Both the position numbers and the translations under genes were made by a program. DNA of 64,000 nt from assembly GCA_951406725.2 (NCBI GenBank), contig OX597829.1, forward strand, positions 50,096,001 to 50,160,000, written 5' to 3'. Shown piece after piece: positions 12,660 to 26,474 of this stretch. The DNA is from Octopus vulgaris (lineage: Eukaryota). How positions within the stretch are numbered: position 1 is the stretch's first letter; each line of letters starts with the position of its first letter. Below the pieces are notes generated by a model. The model was given only the letters and a program-made list of their open reading frames with translations, ran no database searches and was not told the DNA's origin.

Positions 12660-13780
12660 CAAATCCATTCCACACTTGATGGTACCTCTTTGACATAACT
12701 TCCCAAGTCAGCAACGCTCAGACACTGAACGAGTGCATACAGAAAAATCTTGTCATTCTGTACACACCTTGGACAAACCTGTCTGCCAACACATCCATGC
12801 CTTAGAATTTGTACTGACGCTACTGTGTAAGTTTCAGCGCACATGCGCAGAATTGGATTGCTTCCGGTTGGCCACCGGAAGTTTTCCTCATGCGCATGTG
12901 CAGGAACTGAAACCTAAAACGCGGATCGCTAAATCGGTCTTTCTGGCATGAGCAGCGCTAGCGATCGGACGTGGCTTGACTTTCTCTCAGGGAACAACCC
13001 TACACTCAGAGAACCTCACCCCAACGAAGCTGGAGCGAACCGATGAATTGTCTTGACTCGCAACAAGAAAGCATCGCAACCAGTCCTGCGGATTCGTCCG
13101 CCGGTTTCCCTACTAGAGATACACGTGCACTAGTTCTCACCTGTAACCGAGAATAAACCACTACTTACTGTTATCAAAGACCGCCTGACTTTGTCTCTGT
13201 TTATTCAACTTAAATTGTATGTGACAGGATCAGATCGGACACCCCACCAGTGTTCCTGAACTCTCATCCTGTTACAAATTTATATCGAACCACTAGTATC
13301 CCTCGGTACCACTGCCTTTTGGGATGGTATCAACAGACCTTCATCTTCTGGTAAAGCTTTTAGTACCATGAGACTTGAGTCAGCAGAAAGAGGTGGATGT
13401 CTTAGTTTCTTCACTAATTGTATGAGGAAGAAATTCTTTCAGTGAAGTTGGTAGTAACAGTGGAGGGCATTGTGCTTTCTTTGCTGCAAGACAAAAAGTT
13501 TCGAGGTTGTTTGAATTCCAACACATGAAACAGTTGGGTTTTCCATCCTTTATTGACACCAGCATCTGCTTGCATTTCCTGAAACAGAAAAAAACTGGGA
13601 ATGTGAGTCATTTCCTCCTGGGCGACCAGTATCTGAAATTCCATAAGAATCTCAATCCTGTTGAGTTGAGGAATGGATTTCTCCTCAAGCTTCTCCAGTA
13701 TGACTAAAATTCTGGTTGGATCTCAATGAGCCAACATGTTCTAGACTTTAATTTGAGTCAACATCCTACATATATGAAGA
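12660..13780 (-). mobile_element. Degenerate Tx1/L1-type LINE ORF2 C-terminal relic, split by a solo LTR
   Basis: CPRCVQND...ALVQC..VADL zinc-finger segment resembling 55140-55290. Confidence 0.55.
12810..13276 (+). mobile_element. Solo LTR (467 bp), Gypsy-like
   Basis: TGTA...TACA termini, 4-bp TSD AATT (12806-12809 and 13277-13280), internal AATAAA near 13151, CpG-rich. Confidence 0.8.
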
Positions 13781-13784
13781 GAAA

Positions 13785-14182
13785 TCTCTATATATATATA
13801 TGTAAAGCTGAAGTTGTCTGTGTATGGCAGGTTTGGTAGCCTTCAACTAACACTATCTCCTCCGAAACCCTGCGGTAAAAGTTGACCAAAATTGAGGGTA
13901 CGATAGAAGAAGGCTTGCTCTTCCGTAGAAGATAAAATTCAAATCGGACCATGTTAACACCAAAAATTATTTACATCAAAAAGGTGCTTTTTTTTCTATG
14001 AAAATCCGTATTTTTTACGATTTTTTGACTGCTGTGTCGCCAATTTGCGGTGTATTTCAACCAGAAAAATGTTCACATAAAGAGTATAACAAGCTACATA
14101 ATGCAAAATTTTTACTTTTCAAAAATTCCAATTCTAAAGGGTCGAAAAGAAAAGCCCGAGCAATACCGGGCGATACTGCTAG
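13785..14182 (+). mobile_element. Non-autonomous Helitron, complete
   Basis: A|TC start, 3' hairpin cccgagcaataccggg, CTAG|T end, no TSD. Confidence 0.8.
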
Positions 14183-14399
14183 TTATTATATATATGTTTG
14201 AAACATGCAAGTGATTGTTGTCATTCTTCAGGTTTCTTGTTTACTAATGCATATAACTGCTACTGTATCATACAATTTGCCCTTACATATCTGCAAAGCA
14301 CATATGCATAGCAGAGAGGGCCACACATCTTCAAGGCATTTTTTCAGTTTCTGCTGAAGTAGGAAATTTAAGTTTACTCTCCTTACAAGAAGCACACTT

Positions 14400-14608
14400 A
14401 CTCTTTTACTTGTTTCAATCATTTGACTGTGGCCATGCTGAAGCACCACCTTTTAATCGAGCAAATCAACCCCAGGACTTATTCTTTGTAAGCCTAGTAC
14501 TTATTCTATCGGTTTCTTTTGCCGAACTGCTAAGTTACAGGGACGTAAGCACACTAGCATCAGTTGTCAAGCGATGTTGGGGGGGGGGGACAAACACAGA
14601 TACACACA

Positions 14609-14664
<56 letters not shown>

Positions 14665-14826
14665 CGACGGGCTTCTTTCAGTTTCCATCTACCAAATCCA
14701 CTCACAATGTTTTGGTCGGCCCGAGGCTATAGTAGAAGACACTTGCCCAAGGTGCCACGCAGTGGGACTGAACCCGGAACCATGTGGTTCGTAAGCAAAC
14801 TACTTACCACACAGCCACTCCTACAC
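14400..14826 (-). mobile_element. Main-family SINE, full length
   Basis: Similarity to the other copies; source of spurious ORF 14410-15216. Confidence 0.8.
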
Positions 14827-15195
14827 CTTATAGATAACTGTTTGACACTCAGAGTTACTTATTTTCCCTCCTCACTAAATGACACAACACCTACTTTTAC
14901 AACATCATTTTTACACTGGAGGATTTTTTTTCAGATCTTGCACCAAATGTATGGTCCACTGGCTTCAAAAATGATAAACAGTTGTTCTTGTGATTTTTTT
15001 ATGTTGTTATTGTTGTTGTTTTTTTATGTAATTTTGTTTTCTTTTTTTGTTATTTCTGCTGTATTTGCTGTTGATCTTGCTGACTTCATTCTTGAAGATG
15101 TCTTTGTCTTTGTTTTCATTCTTGCTGTTGTTGTTCATCAAGTTGTTGCTGCTGCTGTTGTACACAGTGTTTTTACTGATTTGTTTCTATCTTTT

Positions 15196-15525
15196 ATCAT
15201 CATCATCATCGTTTAACGTCCGTTTTCCATGCTAGCATGGGTTGGACGGTTCGACCGGGGATCTGGAAAGCCAGAAGGCTGCACCAGGCTCCAGTCTGAT
15301 CTGGCAGTGTTTCTACAGCTGGATGCCCTTCCTAACGCCAACCACTCCATGAGTGTAGTAGGTGCTTTTTACGTGCCACTGGCACAGGTGCCAGACGAGG
15401 CTGGCAAATGGCCACGATTGGATGGTGCTTTTTACGTGCCACCGGCACAGAGGCCAAGCGTGGCTGGCAACGGCCACGGTCGGATGGTGCTCTTTACGTG
15501 CCACGTCATTAGACCATGGCCACGC
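15196..15525 (-). mobile_element. (GAT)n-tailed retroposon with internal 55-60-bp tandem units (tggcacgtaaaaagcacc)
   Basis: Shares gttaggaagggcatccagctgtagaaa...ccatgctagcatggaaa...gatgatgat with copies at about 25630-26050, 35545-36150, 36550-36815, 40580-41035, 43507-43795, 46390-46780, 54120-54410 and 57560-58092. Confidence 0.75.
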
Positions 15526-15971
15526 TAGAGTACCACCTACAAGAAATTTAGTTGAATGAATGAATATATACACACACACAGATACAAAAAGCTTCTTTCA
15601 GTTTCCACCTACCAAACCATCACACAAGACTTTGGTCGGTGGCCCAAGTCTATAGCAGAAGACATTTGCCCAAGATGTCATGCAGTAAGGGCTCTGGGAT
15701 TGAACCTGGAAACCATGTGGTTGGGAAGTAAACGTCTTGTATTGTTATTATTGTTCTTGTCAATGCTATTACTGCTGTTGCAGCTATTTTTTGGTGGGGT
15801 GTTGCTGTTGTCATAGTAACAAGACAAAATTCCATTACTTAGATTCTATAGATTTATTCTAGTTCCGACCTGTCTGCTATTGATGTCATGTTCCATTGAC
15901 ATGGCGACATTGACACTTGAAACTGAGTCAATGGAATGCTCTCCACTGTTGATTATCATTATTATTATTAT

Positions 15972-17012
15972 TACCTCTACCTTAGCGAAGGCAGAGGTTT
16001 GTTTTCAGTCATGTTTGTTTGTTTGTCTGTGGACAAGATATCTCAAGAACCGCTGGATGAATTCGGATGAAACTTTCAAGGATGTTTGGCCTGATGACTG
16101 GCACAAACTGATTAGATTTGGAGATTGATCCGGTACTGGACAAGGATTCTGGATTACTTGTTATATTTACTTTAGATGAAGTATTACAATCTTACGTTCA
16201 CTTTCAAGTCTTTCTCTGATTATCTCCCTTGAAAGCATGCTCATAATTTCCATGTAAAGTATGGCAGCATTGCTGTTTCTAAAGTTTTATTTTCGTTTTT
16301 CTGTTATTAATTTTATTCGCGTCTCTGTCTGAGTAGAAACTGATGGATAAAGAAATCAAACTACATAAACAAACGGCAGCAAAACCGTTCAGAAATTAGA
16401 TAACACTAACACATTCAGTAACATAATTTATCCTCGGCAATTTTTAGTTTTACCAATTTTGAATATATCGCTCCTGTTTAAAACCTCTTACCTACTTGAC
16501 AATTGCATTTCTAACTCTGCCTTGAAGGAAGCTTTACTTCTTGGACTCAAGATTTTGTATGTAATGATGTTGTTAAACCTCCGTTAACAGCACCATATGC
16601 AGGTCTTTTCCATTTTCTTTCATGCATGGATAAATTTTTCATTATAGACCTTAATAGTTGTAAAGACACTTTATCAGTGGATAGACTAAATAAAAGGCCT
16701 TCATAGAGAAAACTGTTCCTGTTCCCACTGCAGATGACACACACAGCATTACAAACACGGCCCGCACACCCACCTTCACACTCCATGACTACCATTGGGA
16801 TCAATCCAGTACCGGACAAGGATTCCGGATTATTTTACCTGTTTTTTTTTACTTAATTTTTAAGAGCAGTCAGGTTCATTTTTAGTATTCTTGTTTGTGA
16901 GAGCAGTTGAGTTTCTTTCAGATATTCTCATTTTAAAAATCATTTCTGGCTAATTGTTGAGAGGATGTTGGTGTTGCCTTGGCGGAGGTTTGCGCTCTCT
17001 GAGTGCTCTTGT
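15972..17012 (+). mobile_element. Helentron/HINE-like non-autonomous element
   Basis: Subterminal inverted repeat acctctaccttag / ccttggcggaggt and 3' stem-loop gcgctctctgagtgc. Confidence 0.55.
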
Positions 17013-17714
17013 TATTATCATTATTATTGTGTGAGAGAAAAGTATATGCCATCAAAGTGACACTGGGGTGCAATTATATGAACCCTAATATACCCATCAT
17101 GACAACCTGTCTGATAAGGGTACACCAGACACATGCATCACAACCACATGTCCTCAACAAGGTGATCTTATATAAAGATAAACAGCGCATGACCTTTCAG
17201 GTGGGGCCCAGTTAGACTTTTATTCATGTCAAGTAGCCCATCCCACTCAAATGGTCCTTGAATAAGCTTTAAGGATGATGAACAAAACACCCTTGTTTTC
17301 AGAGGTGAATTATCCAAATTCCAAAGAATCCCTATCAACACATGGCTATGATGCTCCCTACTATTTCTGCTCATGATCAGAGATGCACATATCGTCAGCC
17401 ACTAAGGGACATGCTCAACTGGTTAAGGTCAAACAACTGACAAGCAAATCTGTGGTATTGAGCAGAATATTTGCTGTAGCCCATATTTTATACCAAGACA
17501 AAACAATGTACATGATAACACTTCCAATCAATTAAGATCAGAAGCCATGAGAGCCACTGTCTGGTACTGCATCAGGGCATTTATTATTATTATTAGTGTG
17601 TCATGTTTTAACATTTTTTTTAATGCTGGAAAGTTAACAGAATGGCTTTACCAGCCAAAATGATTCATAAAACTTTCACAACTTGTGGAGCTCCAAGTTG
17701 CTGTGATTTCACAG

Positions 17715-17733
17715 TATGATGATGATGACGATG

Positions 17734-17780
<47 letters not shown>

Positions 17781-17870
17781 AACGATGACGATGATGATGA
17801 TGACGACGACGAAAATGATGATGATGATGATGATGATGATGACGATGACGATGATGATGATGATGATGAC

Positions 17871-17905
<35 letters not shown>

Positions 17906-17906
17906 C

Positions 17907-17950
<44 letters not shown>

Positions 17951-18140
17951 CGATGATGATGAAGATGATGATGATGATGACGATGATGGTGATGATGATG
18001 ATAATGACGATGACGATGATGATGTTGATGATGACGACAATGACAACAATGATGATAACGATGATGATGGTGATGATGATGATGATGACAATAATAATAA
18101 TAACAATAATAATAATAATAATAATAATGGTGATGATAGT
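17715..18140. repeat. (GAT/GAC)n and (AAT)n microsatellite
   Basis: Seen directly; explains the poly-D/M/H/S/I ORFs. Confidence 0.98.
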
Positions 18141-18407
18141 AATCATTATACATTCTTTAATTGATGCATTTGTTATAAGTTTTTAAAAAATTTTCTCTGG
18201 TTGTGAACATAGTTATTTTCCATTATTTTCCAATCTACACACATGTGCATATGTGCAAATATATGTGTACTTGTGTATATATACACACGCATACAATACA
18301 TGGATACATACACAAATGCACACATTCACACACACACACACACACAAGTATATATTGCTCCTCTTAATTTTATTTCTTGTCTGAATAGATATGCACACAT
18401 TTATATG

Positions 18408-19258
18408 AACATACATACATACATACATACATACGTACATACACACATGCATACATACACACATACATACATACATACATACATACACACATACATACAT
18501 ACATACATACATACATACATACATACATACATACATACATACATACATACATACATACACACATACATACATACATACACGCACATACATACATACATAC
18601 ATACATACATACATACACACACATACATACATACATACATACATACACATACATACATACATACATACATACATACATACATACATACATACATACATAC
18701 ATACACATACATACATACATACATACATACATTTATACATACATACATACACACATACATACATACATACATAAATACATACATACATACATAATACATA
18801 CATAATACATACATACATACATACACACACATACACACACACATACTCACATACACACATACACACATACAAACATACATACATACACACACATACACAC
18901 ATACATACATACATACATACATACATACATACATACATACATACATACATACATACATACATACATACATACATACATACATGTTTGCATGTATTTGTGT
19001 GTTCATATATCTATAATTTTGTTTGAAGATTGTGTGATAAAGTAAAGCTTGAGGCTCTAATAAATTCTTCCATACGCAGTTGATTGCTAAGAAATCGGCA
19101 TGTCATATGAAATAATTCATTCATTCCATAATTTGATCACAATGCAGAAGAAACGGTAAGAGTGGAAGAATTGGAAAAAACAAATTGCAATTTTTGAAAT
19201 AACACATATTTATACATACATGTATATATATATATATATGCATATATATATGCATATA

Positions 19259-19326
<68 letters not shown>

Positions 19327-20112
19327 TATGTACTTCTATATACATACATGCATATATACAGATATATATATACATAGAGTCATAGATATATATACAAATG
19401 TACAAACACACATATATATATAAACATACATGCAAGCATACATATATACAAAAGTATACATACATACATATATACAAATATACATACAAACATATATGTA
19501 TGTATATGAACATTCATATATCCAAACATATACACATACATACATGCATACATACGTACATACATATATGCATACATACGCCTACACACACACACACACA
19601 TGCATACATACATACATACATACATATACACATACATACACACACATGCATACATACATATTTACACACATGCATACACACACACATACATACGTACATA
19701 CATACATATACACACATACATACATACATACATACATACGTACGTACATATATGCATACATACGCCTACACACACACACGTACATACATACATACATATA
19801 CACAAACATACAAACACATACATACATACATACACACATGCATACACACACACATACATACGTACATACATACATACGTACATACATACATACATATATG
19901 CATACATACGCCTACACACACACACGTACATACATACATACATACATACATACATACATACATACACACATGCATACACACACACATACATACGTACATA
20001 CATACACACGTACATACATACATACATACATACACACATGCATACACACACACATACATACGTACATACATACACACGTACATACATACATACATACACA
20101 CACTCGTACATG
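18408..20112. repeat. (CATA)n/(TA)n compound microsatellite field
   Basis: Seen directly. Confidence 0.97.
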
Positions 20113-20667
20113 CTTCATATTTAATTTGATGTTATTGTGATTCAACCAAGACTTGTAATTTTAATATATTGTGGCATATTTTCTTCAAAGACATGCCACA
20201 CACATACACACACTTTTTCCCTCTCTTTCTCGTTCTCTCTCTCTCTCTCATACACACACACACACACACACATATACACATCTTTCTGTTTCCATTTCTC
20301 TGTTCCAACGTGCCACTTATGTAATGAATGATAGCATCACATTCACTCCATCCACATACACGTTATCAGTTATTACTTTGGAAAGCAAGTTTTGGTAAAA
20401 CTCGAAAATAAATTCTCATCATCATCATCATCATCATCATCATTGTTCTAGTGTCTACTGTTTCGTGTGCTTGCACAGCTTACATAGATTTCACTTCGGT
20501 AGATTTTTCTACAACCGGATGCTCTTCCTGTCATCAACATTCACCTGTTTCAAAGTAAGCTGATATTTTCCCATGCCCAGAGACATGTTTTCTTCAGAAG
20601 ACTGGCAATGAACAACATTGGTTTAATTCTTTGGCATTCGGATTATTCTTCCAAAACATAATGCTTC

Positions 20668-20940
20668 ATTTACATTATTTACATTCGACGGATATTTCTC
20701 CTCATCTTGTTTGTTATTAACACAAACATTTCGGCTGATATACCCTCCAGCCTTCATCAGGTGTTTTGGGGAAATTTCAAACCTGGGTTCTCATTCCTAA
20801 GGTATTTTTTGATGTTATTATTATTCTTATTCTTATTCTTATTCTTCTTATTATTAATTCAGGTCACTGCCTGGAATTGAACTCGGAGTCTTGGGGTTGG
20901 TAGCCTGCACTCTTAACCACTACACCACATGCCCGTGGGC
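20668..20940 (-). mobile_element. tRNA-headed SINE with hammerhead-bearing tail (copy 1)
   Basis: A-box tggtgtagtgg, B-box gagttcaattcc, (TAA/GAA) linker, tail with CTGATGA...GAAA; imperfect TSD ataatgcttyattta. Confidence 0.7.
20719..20765 (-). ncRNA. Minimal type I hammerhead ribozyme motif
   Basis: aacac-CTGATGA-a-ggctg(gagggtatat)cagcc-GAAA-tgttt-gtgtt. Confidence 0.6.
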
Positions 20941-22793
20941 ATATAATGCTTTATTTATTTACATTGTGTTGAATCAATCAAGCATTATCTCATAGCTTCA
21001 AGATTTCAATGGTGTTTGTGTATTTTTAGAATGACATTGTTAGGTAGGTGGGAGAGGCTGGATATGGCTGGTTTTGACATAAAACCGGTGGAATATTTGG
21101 GCTATGGTAAGTCTAAGTGCTAAAAGATCATCTCTTTAGCATTCAGATTATTCTGTCAAATGTAATACTTATTAGGCATTATCTCTTTGAGATTTTGATG
21201 ATGTGATTGTTTAATTTTAGAATGACAATGTTGGGTAGGTGTTAGAGGCTGGATCTGACCAATCTAAACAGAATATTTGGACTGGATATAGTCAGCTTAA
21301 CCCTTTAACATTCCGATTACTCTGTCAAATGTAATGCTTATTTATTCACAATTTGATTTCATTTAACCATGCATAATCCTGGTGATTTGAGATTTCAATG
21401 ATGTAATTATTTTCAGAATGACATTGCAGGGTAGATGTGAAAGACCAGATCTGACCAGTTTTAACGTAAAACAAGTAGAATATATTTGATCCTGATATGA
21501 CTGATTTGAACATAAAATACGTAGAGTATTTGGGTCAGATATGGCTGGTCTAAATGCTAGAGGGTTAATTATGGTCATGCTCATATACAAACATCAAATA
21601 CTTTCAAGACAAGGATGTACAAAATACATGTGCATGCACACACACACATGTACGCACACACACACACACACTGTATGATTGACTTCTTTCAGTTTCCTTC
21701 TATCAAAATCCACTCAAGATACTTTACTTGGTTGGGACTAGAGAAAAAGGCATTTACCCAAGGTACCATTGAACCCATGATCACATGAGTGGGAAGCAAG
21801 CTTCTTAGCCCCACCACTGTTTCTGTGCCTACTTACCATTTATAAAGTCTTGTATTCTTTAGACCTTTTATCAATGAATTTGTTTTTTGTAATTTCTATA
21901 TTTTGTTTATACTTATGTTATTCTATTTTACACCTTAATATAATTAGGGATTGTAAATTCTTTCAATTTCTTTCCTGTACTTTGACTTATTGTATTTGGG
22001 TTTCTTCAGAGGAAATTCTTCTATAAAGAATAAATCCAAGATACAAGTCAGTTTCACTGTTGTTTCTCTTTACTGATCAAATTACTGTAATCTCGTCCAA
22101 CTCTGACCTTCCATACATTGTGCACATAAAGTGTGAATTTTATGTATGCATTTAGAGTTGAATTGTAAATGCTTGTGTGATGTTCCAGTAATCTGATGTG
22201 TTAGCTTTCTTTATTTGCATTAATTTGTGAATATAAACTGTATTGCCTATTGCTGAATGTACTACTTGATGTAAACATGAACATATGCGCAGGATTTTGC
22301 CTTCTAAAAATAATAATTCTTTCTTTTATAGGCACAAAGCTTGAAATTTTGCCGGAGGAGGTCAATCGATTGCATTGACCCCAGTGTTCAACTGGTACTT
22401 TATTTTATTTTATTTTTTTCAATCCTGATAGGTTGAAAAGCAAATTCAACTTTGTGGAATTTAAACTCTGAAAGTAAAGAGCCAGAAGAAATGTTGCTAT
22501 ATATCCTATTTTGCACACAATACTACATGATAAAGGTTATGAAACAGCTGTAATCATATTGAAGTCATTTTGAAAAAATAAATCCGTATTCATCACTTGA
22601 TTTTATGCTTTATTTACTCCTGGTAAAAAAATTTGTTGTTCAAATTTTCTGGATTTTCAGTAACATAAACACTTTACATTTCACTACACAATAATTGATC
22701 ACCTTGTAAACTGATAGCCGATTCCAAATGGGGAGCTTGCTATGAATGCCACTTGTTTATCTGAAGCCAACTTTTTTTTACTATTCTTGTGTG

Positions 22794-22828
<35 letters not shown>

Positions 22829-23705
22829 TGCCCATACTTTAATAGTATAGGCATCACATACCTATACTATTACAGTCTCCTCCCTCGTATGTTACATCCA
22901 ATTCTTCTTTGTACCAAGTTTGTTTCTCAGTTCATTTATACTTTGTTGCTCCCATACACTAACATGGCACATCCAGCAAAGCATGGTCACTTCATTTCTC
23001 TCCTAACACCAATCACTCTGAGAGTATAATGGGTGCTTTTACGTGCCACTGGCACGGGTGCCAGTTGTGTGACACCATTATCTGCCACAACTACGATTTC
23101 ACTTGGCTTGATGGATCTTCTTCTCATGCATGGCATATTGCTAAGGGTCTCGGTCATTTGTCATTGCCCCCGTGAGGCCCAATGCTCGAAAAGTGCTTTT
23201 TACATGCCACCGGCATGGGTGCTGTGTCTTTGTATCTGTGTTTGTCTCCCACCACTTGACAACTGGTGTTGGTTTGTTTACATCCCATAACTTAGCAGTT
23301 CAGTAAAGCGATTGATAGAATAAGTACCAGGCTTTAGAAAATTCTTTAAAATGTACTAAAACTTTTTCAAGGCAGTGCCCCAGCTTGGCCGCTGTTTAAT
23401 GACTGAAACAAGATGAAAAAAATCCTGTTCTACAATTCAAAATACAACATGTCAGAAATATATTTGAAGGATATAATTAACCCTTTTCTTCCAGACCAAC
23501 CCACCTGACAGCTCCCATTCTAGTTCTATGATACAAAATTACCTGTTGTAAAGTTTTTTCAGGTTTATATTTAAACTGTCTGTTGTAATTTCATGTAAGA
23601 ATAATTCTGTTGCTGCTTTCCAAAATAATGACTTAATAATTCATAAATTATATATTAAAATATTTCTTATTTCTATAATAATGTTTTTCCATTGTAAATT
23701 TATAG

Positions 23706-23760
<55 letters not shown>

Positions 23761-23785
23761 TATATACACATATATATATATATAC

Positions 23786-23822
<37 letters not shown>

Positions 23823-23833
23823 TATATATATAC

Positions 23834-23884
<51 letters not shown>

Positions 23885-23887
23885 TAT

Positions 23888-23951
<64 letters not shown>

Positions 23952-24389
23952 TTGTTGTTGTTGTATTTAAAGTAGCAACTCAACAACAGCAAAGTTGTTT
24001 TACTAAATCCATTCAAATTCTTAATTATTTTCACAATTAATTTCCAAATATGGTTAAATGGTTGGTGACATGATGATGATGATCATCATCACCACCACCA
24101 CCACCACTACCACCACAGCTGTCACCACCATCACCATCATCATCATTTAATGTCCACTTTCCCATACTTGCATGGGTCAGATGGAGTTTTATTTGGAACA
24201 GATTTTCTACAGTTGGATGCCCTTCCTGTCACCAATCCTCACCTGTTTCCAAGCAAGGTAAGATTTCTCCATGGCCAGACATGTTTTTCATGGAAGACTA
24301 GAAACAAAAAAATCACTTATATGACGGTGATGCTTCTTTATAACCAAAATGCAAATATATGGGAAACTACCACCTGTGTCATCTCTTGT

Positions 24390-24640
24390 GAAAGGTAGGA
24401 GAGTCCAGTTTTCTAGACATTGTTGTAGAGCTGAAAAAGAGGTAATTTCTACTCTTCTCCTCTGGAAACCATCTACTCACGATACCAGAGGGCGCACACA
24501 CTCTCCTACCCTGATGTAATCTCCAGGGATACAGACATCCAGCAACAGGACCTCCGTAATGCTATGACGGACCGTGAAGTCTGGCGTAGCATGGTAAATT
24601 CCATTGTCTCGACCACAATCGAACAATGATGATGATGATG
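24390..24640 (+). mobile_element. RTE-like LINE 3' end with (GAT)n tail
   Basis: CCRAEKEVISTLLLWKP...GRTLSYPDVISRDTG...DREVWRSMV; second copy on the minus strand at about 47990-48215. Confidence 0.7.
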
Positions 24641-24694
24641 ATAACCACAATTTCAGATCAAGGGAACACAAAAATACATATACATACATATATA

Positions 24695-25274
24695 CAGGGT
24701 GGCCCAAAAGTAGGTTTACAGATATCATGTAAGCACTTTAAATTTCTTCTGAAACATTTTATTACACTTAAATTTCCATCTTACAATTGTATTGTTTATG
24801 CACATCTGTTTAAAACAGACAATGTTTAGTCTCTCGGATGCTCAAAATTCTCCTCCTTCAACATTGCAACATTCTTCAAACCTCTTCAGAACACTCTGAC
24901 ATCACAGTGCAGCACAAAGTCCAATTTCCATCAATTTCAGTGAATACGTCAGAAATGTAATCTTGTAATTCATTTACTGTTTTGGGATTTTTCTCACAAA
25001 CCTTGTTCTTTACAACACCCCAAAAAAAGAAATCCATTTGTGTCAGGTCAAGTGAACGTGGTGGCCATTTGATGCTGCTCCATCTTCCAAGCCAACACTG
25101 TGGAAAGGCTTGGTTAAGGTACTCTCTTACTGTCAATGCATAAGAGCTTGACAAAATTATCTAAATTAGCATAGAACAATGGTTTCATTTTTTTATAATT
25201 AACATCTACACTGTTAATATATGTATGCAAAAGCAATAGCCGGATAATTGTAAACATACTTTTGGGTCACCCTG
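24695..25274 (-). mobile_element. Internally deleted Tc1/mariner transposon
   Basis: 26-bp TIRs cagggtgrcccaaaagtakgtttaca, TA TSD, and WPPRSLDLTQMDFFFWG transposase remnant. Confidence 0.88.
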
Positions 25275-26474
25275 TACACACAAGTGTACACACACATACA
25301 TACATGGCAGGCTTCTTTCAGTTTCTGTTCCCCAATTCCACACAAGGCCGGGGGCTAGAGTAGGAAACACTTGCCCAAGGTGCCATGCAGTGGGACTGAA
25401 CCCAAGACCATACAGCCGAGAAGCATCTTTCTTAACCATACAACTATGCGTGCATTTTGAGATATATTACCATAAGAGATTCAACAATAAAACTGACATA
25501 ACACAATTTCATACAAAAACGCCGTAATGAAAGTTCTAAGTTATTTGTTTGCTTCGGTATTTCTATTTTCACTTCGTTTATACTGCTGTTCAAAGTGACA
25601 GACATATTTCTTTCAAACCAAATTTGATGACTGGCACCGTGCCAGTGGAGCGAGAACAGCTCCATCCGAGCAGCTGTCTGGCTTCCATGCTGGTGCACGT
25701 AAAAAGCACCGTTTGAGCGTGATCGTTACCAGCGTCGCCTTACTGGCACGTGAACAAAACATTCGAGTGAGGTCATTGCCAGTGCCGCATGACTTACTCC
25801 TGTGCAGGTGGCACATAAAAAAACACCATTTCGAGCATGGCTGTTGCCACTACCGCCAGACTGGCACTCATGCAGGTGGCACGTAAAAGCACCCACTACA
25901 CTCTCAGAGTGGTTGGCATTAGGAAGGGCATCCAGCTGTAGAAAATCTGCCAGATCAGATTGGAGCCTGGCACAGCCATCTTGGTTCACCAGTCCTCAGT
26001 GAAATCATCCAACCCATGGAGAGCAGATGTTAAATGATGATGATGATGAAACTTGTTGCAGACTTTACAATGAATGCTACATATTTTTTTTTTTCCTTTT
26101 TATAGTGGTAAAATGGTAAATTGCATCATGGTTTGGCTAATTATGCCAACATAGACATATCTAAAATGTTGTTTGAAACGGTTCTGTGAACATCAAATTT
26201 GAACTGTTTGAGTAAGACCCACATCTTACTCAAACAGTTCAAATCATGTTTATGTATAAACAACAGCAATAACAAACAAGAGACACATTTAAAATGAGAA
26301 GAAAATAAATTTTTTTGTTTGTTTGTTTAGTAACATTCACATTTCTAGGATGTTCTTTATATATTAATAGAAAATTATTATTTCTAAATCTCATAATCTG
26401 AATACCCTAACTACTAAACCACGCATCTTCACTTGCTTTGGCTGATGACAGACTAGTATCCTCTGAAGCTTAAA

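Noticed and set aside
14410-15216. 268-aa ORF with a hydrophobic tail
   Set aside because: It reads through an antisense SINE and low-complexity sequence.
17648-20145. Long ORFs (poly-D/H/M/S, MYVC and HTYI repeats)
   Set aside because: They are translations of GAT and CATA microsatellites.
26438-26474. CTGATGA...GAAG motif
   Set aside because: No helix I partner or cleavage triplet, and it is interrupted by a Helitron.
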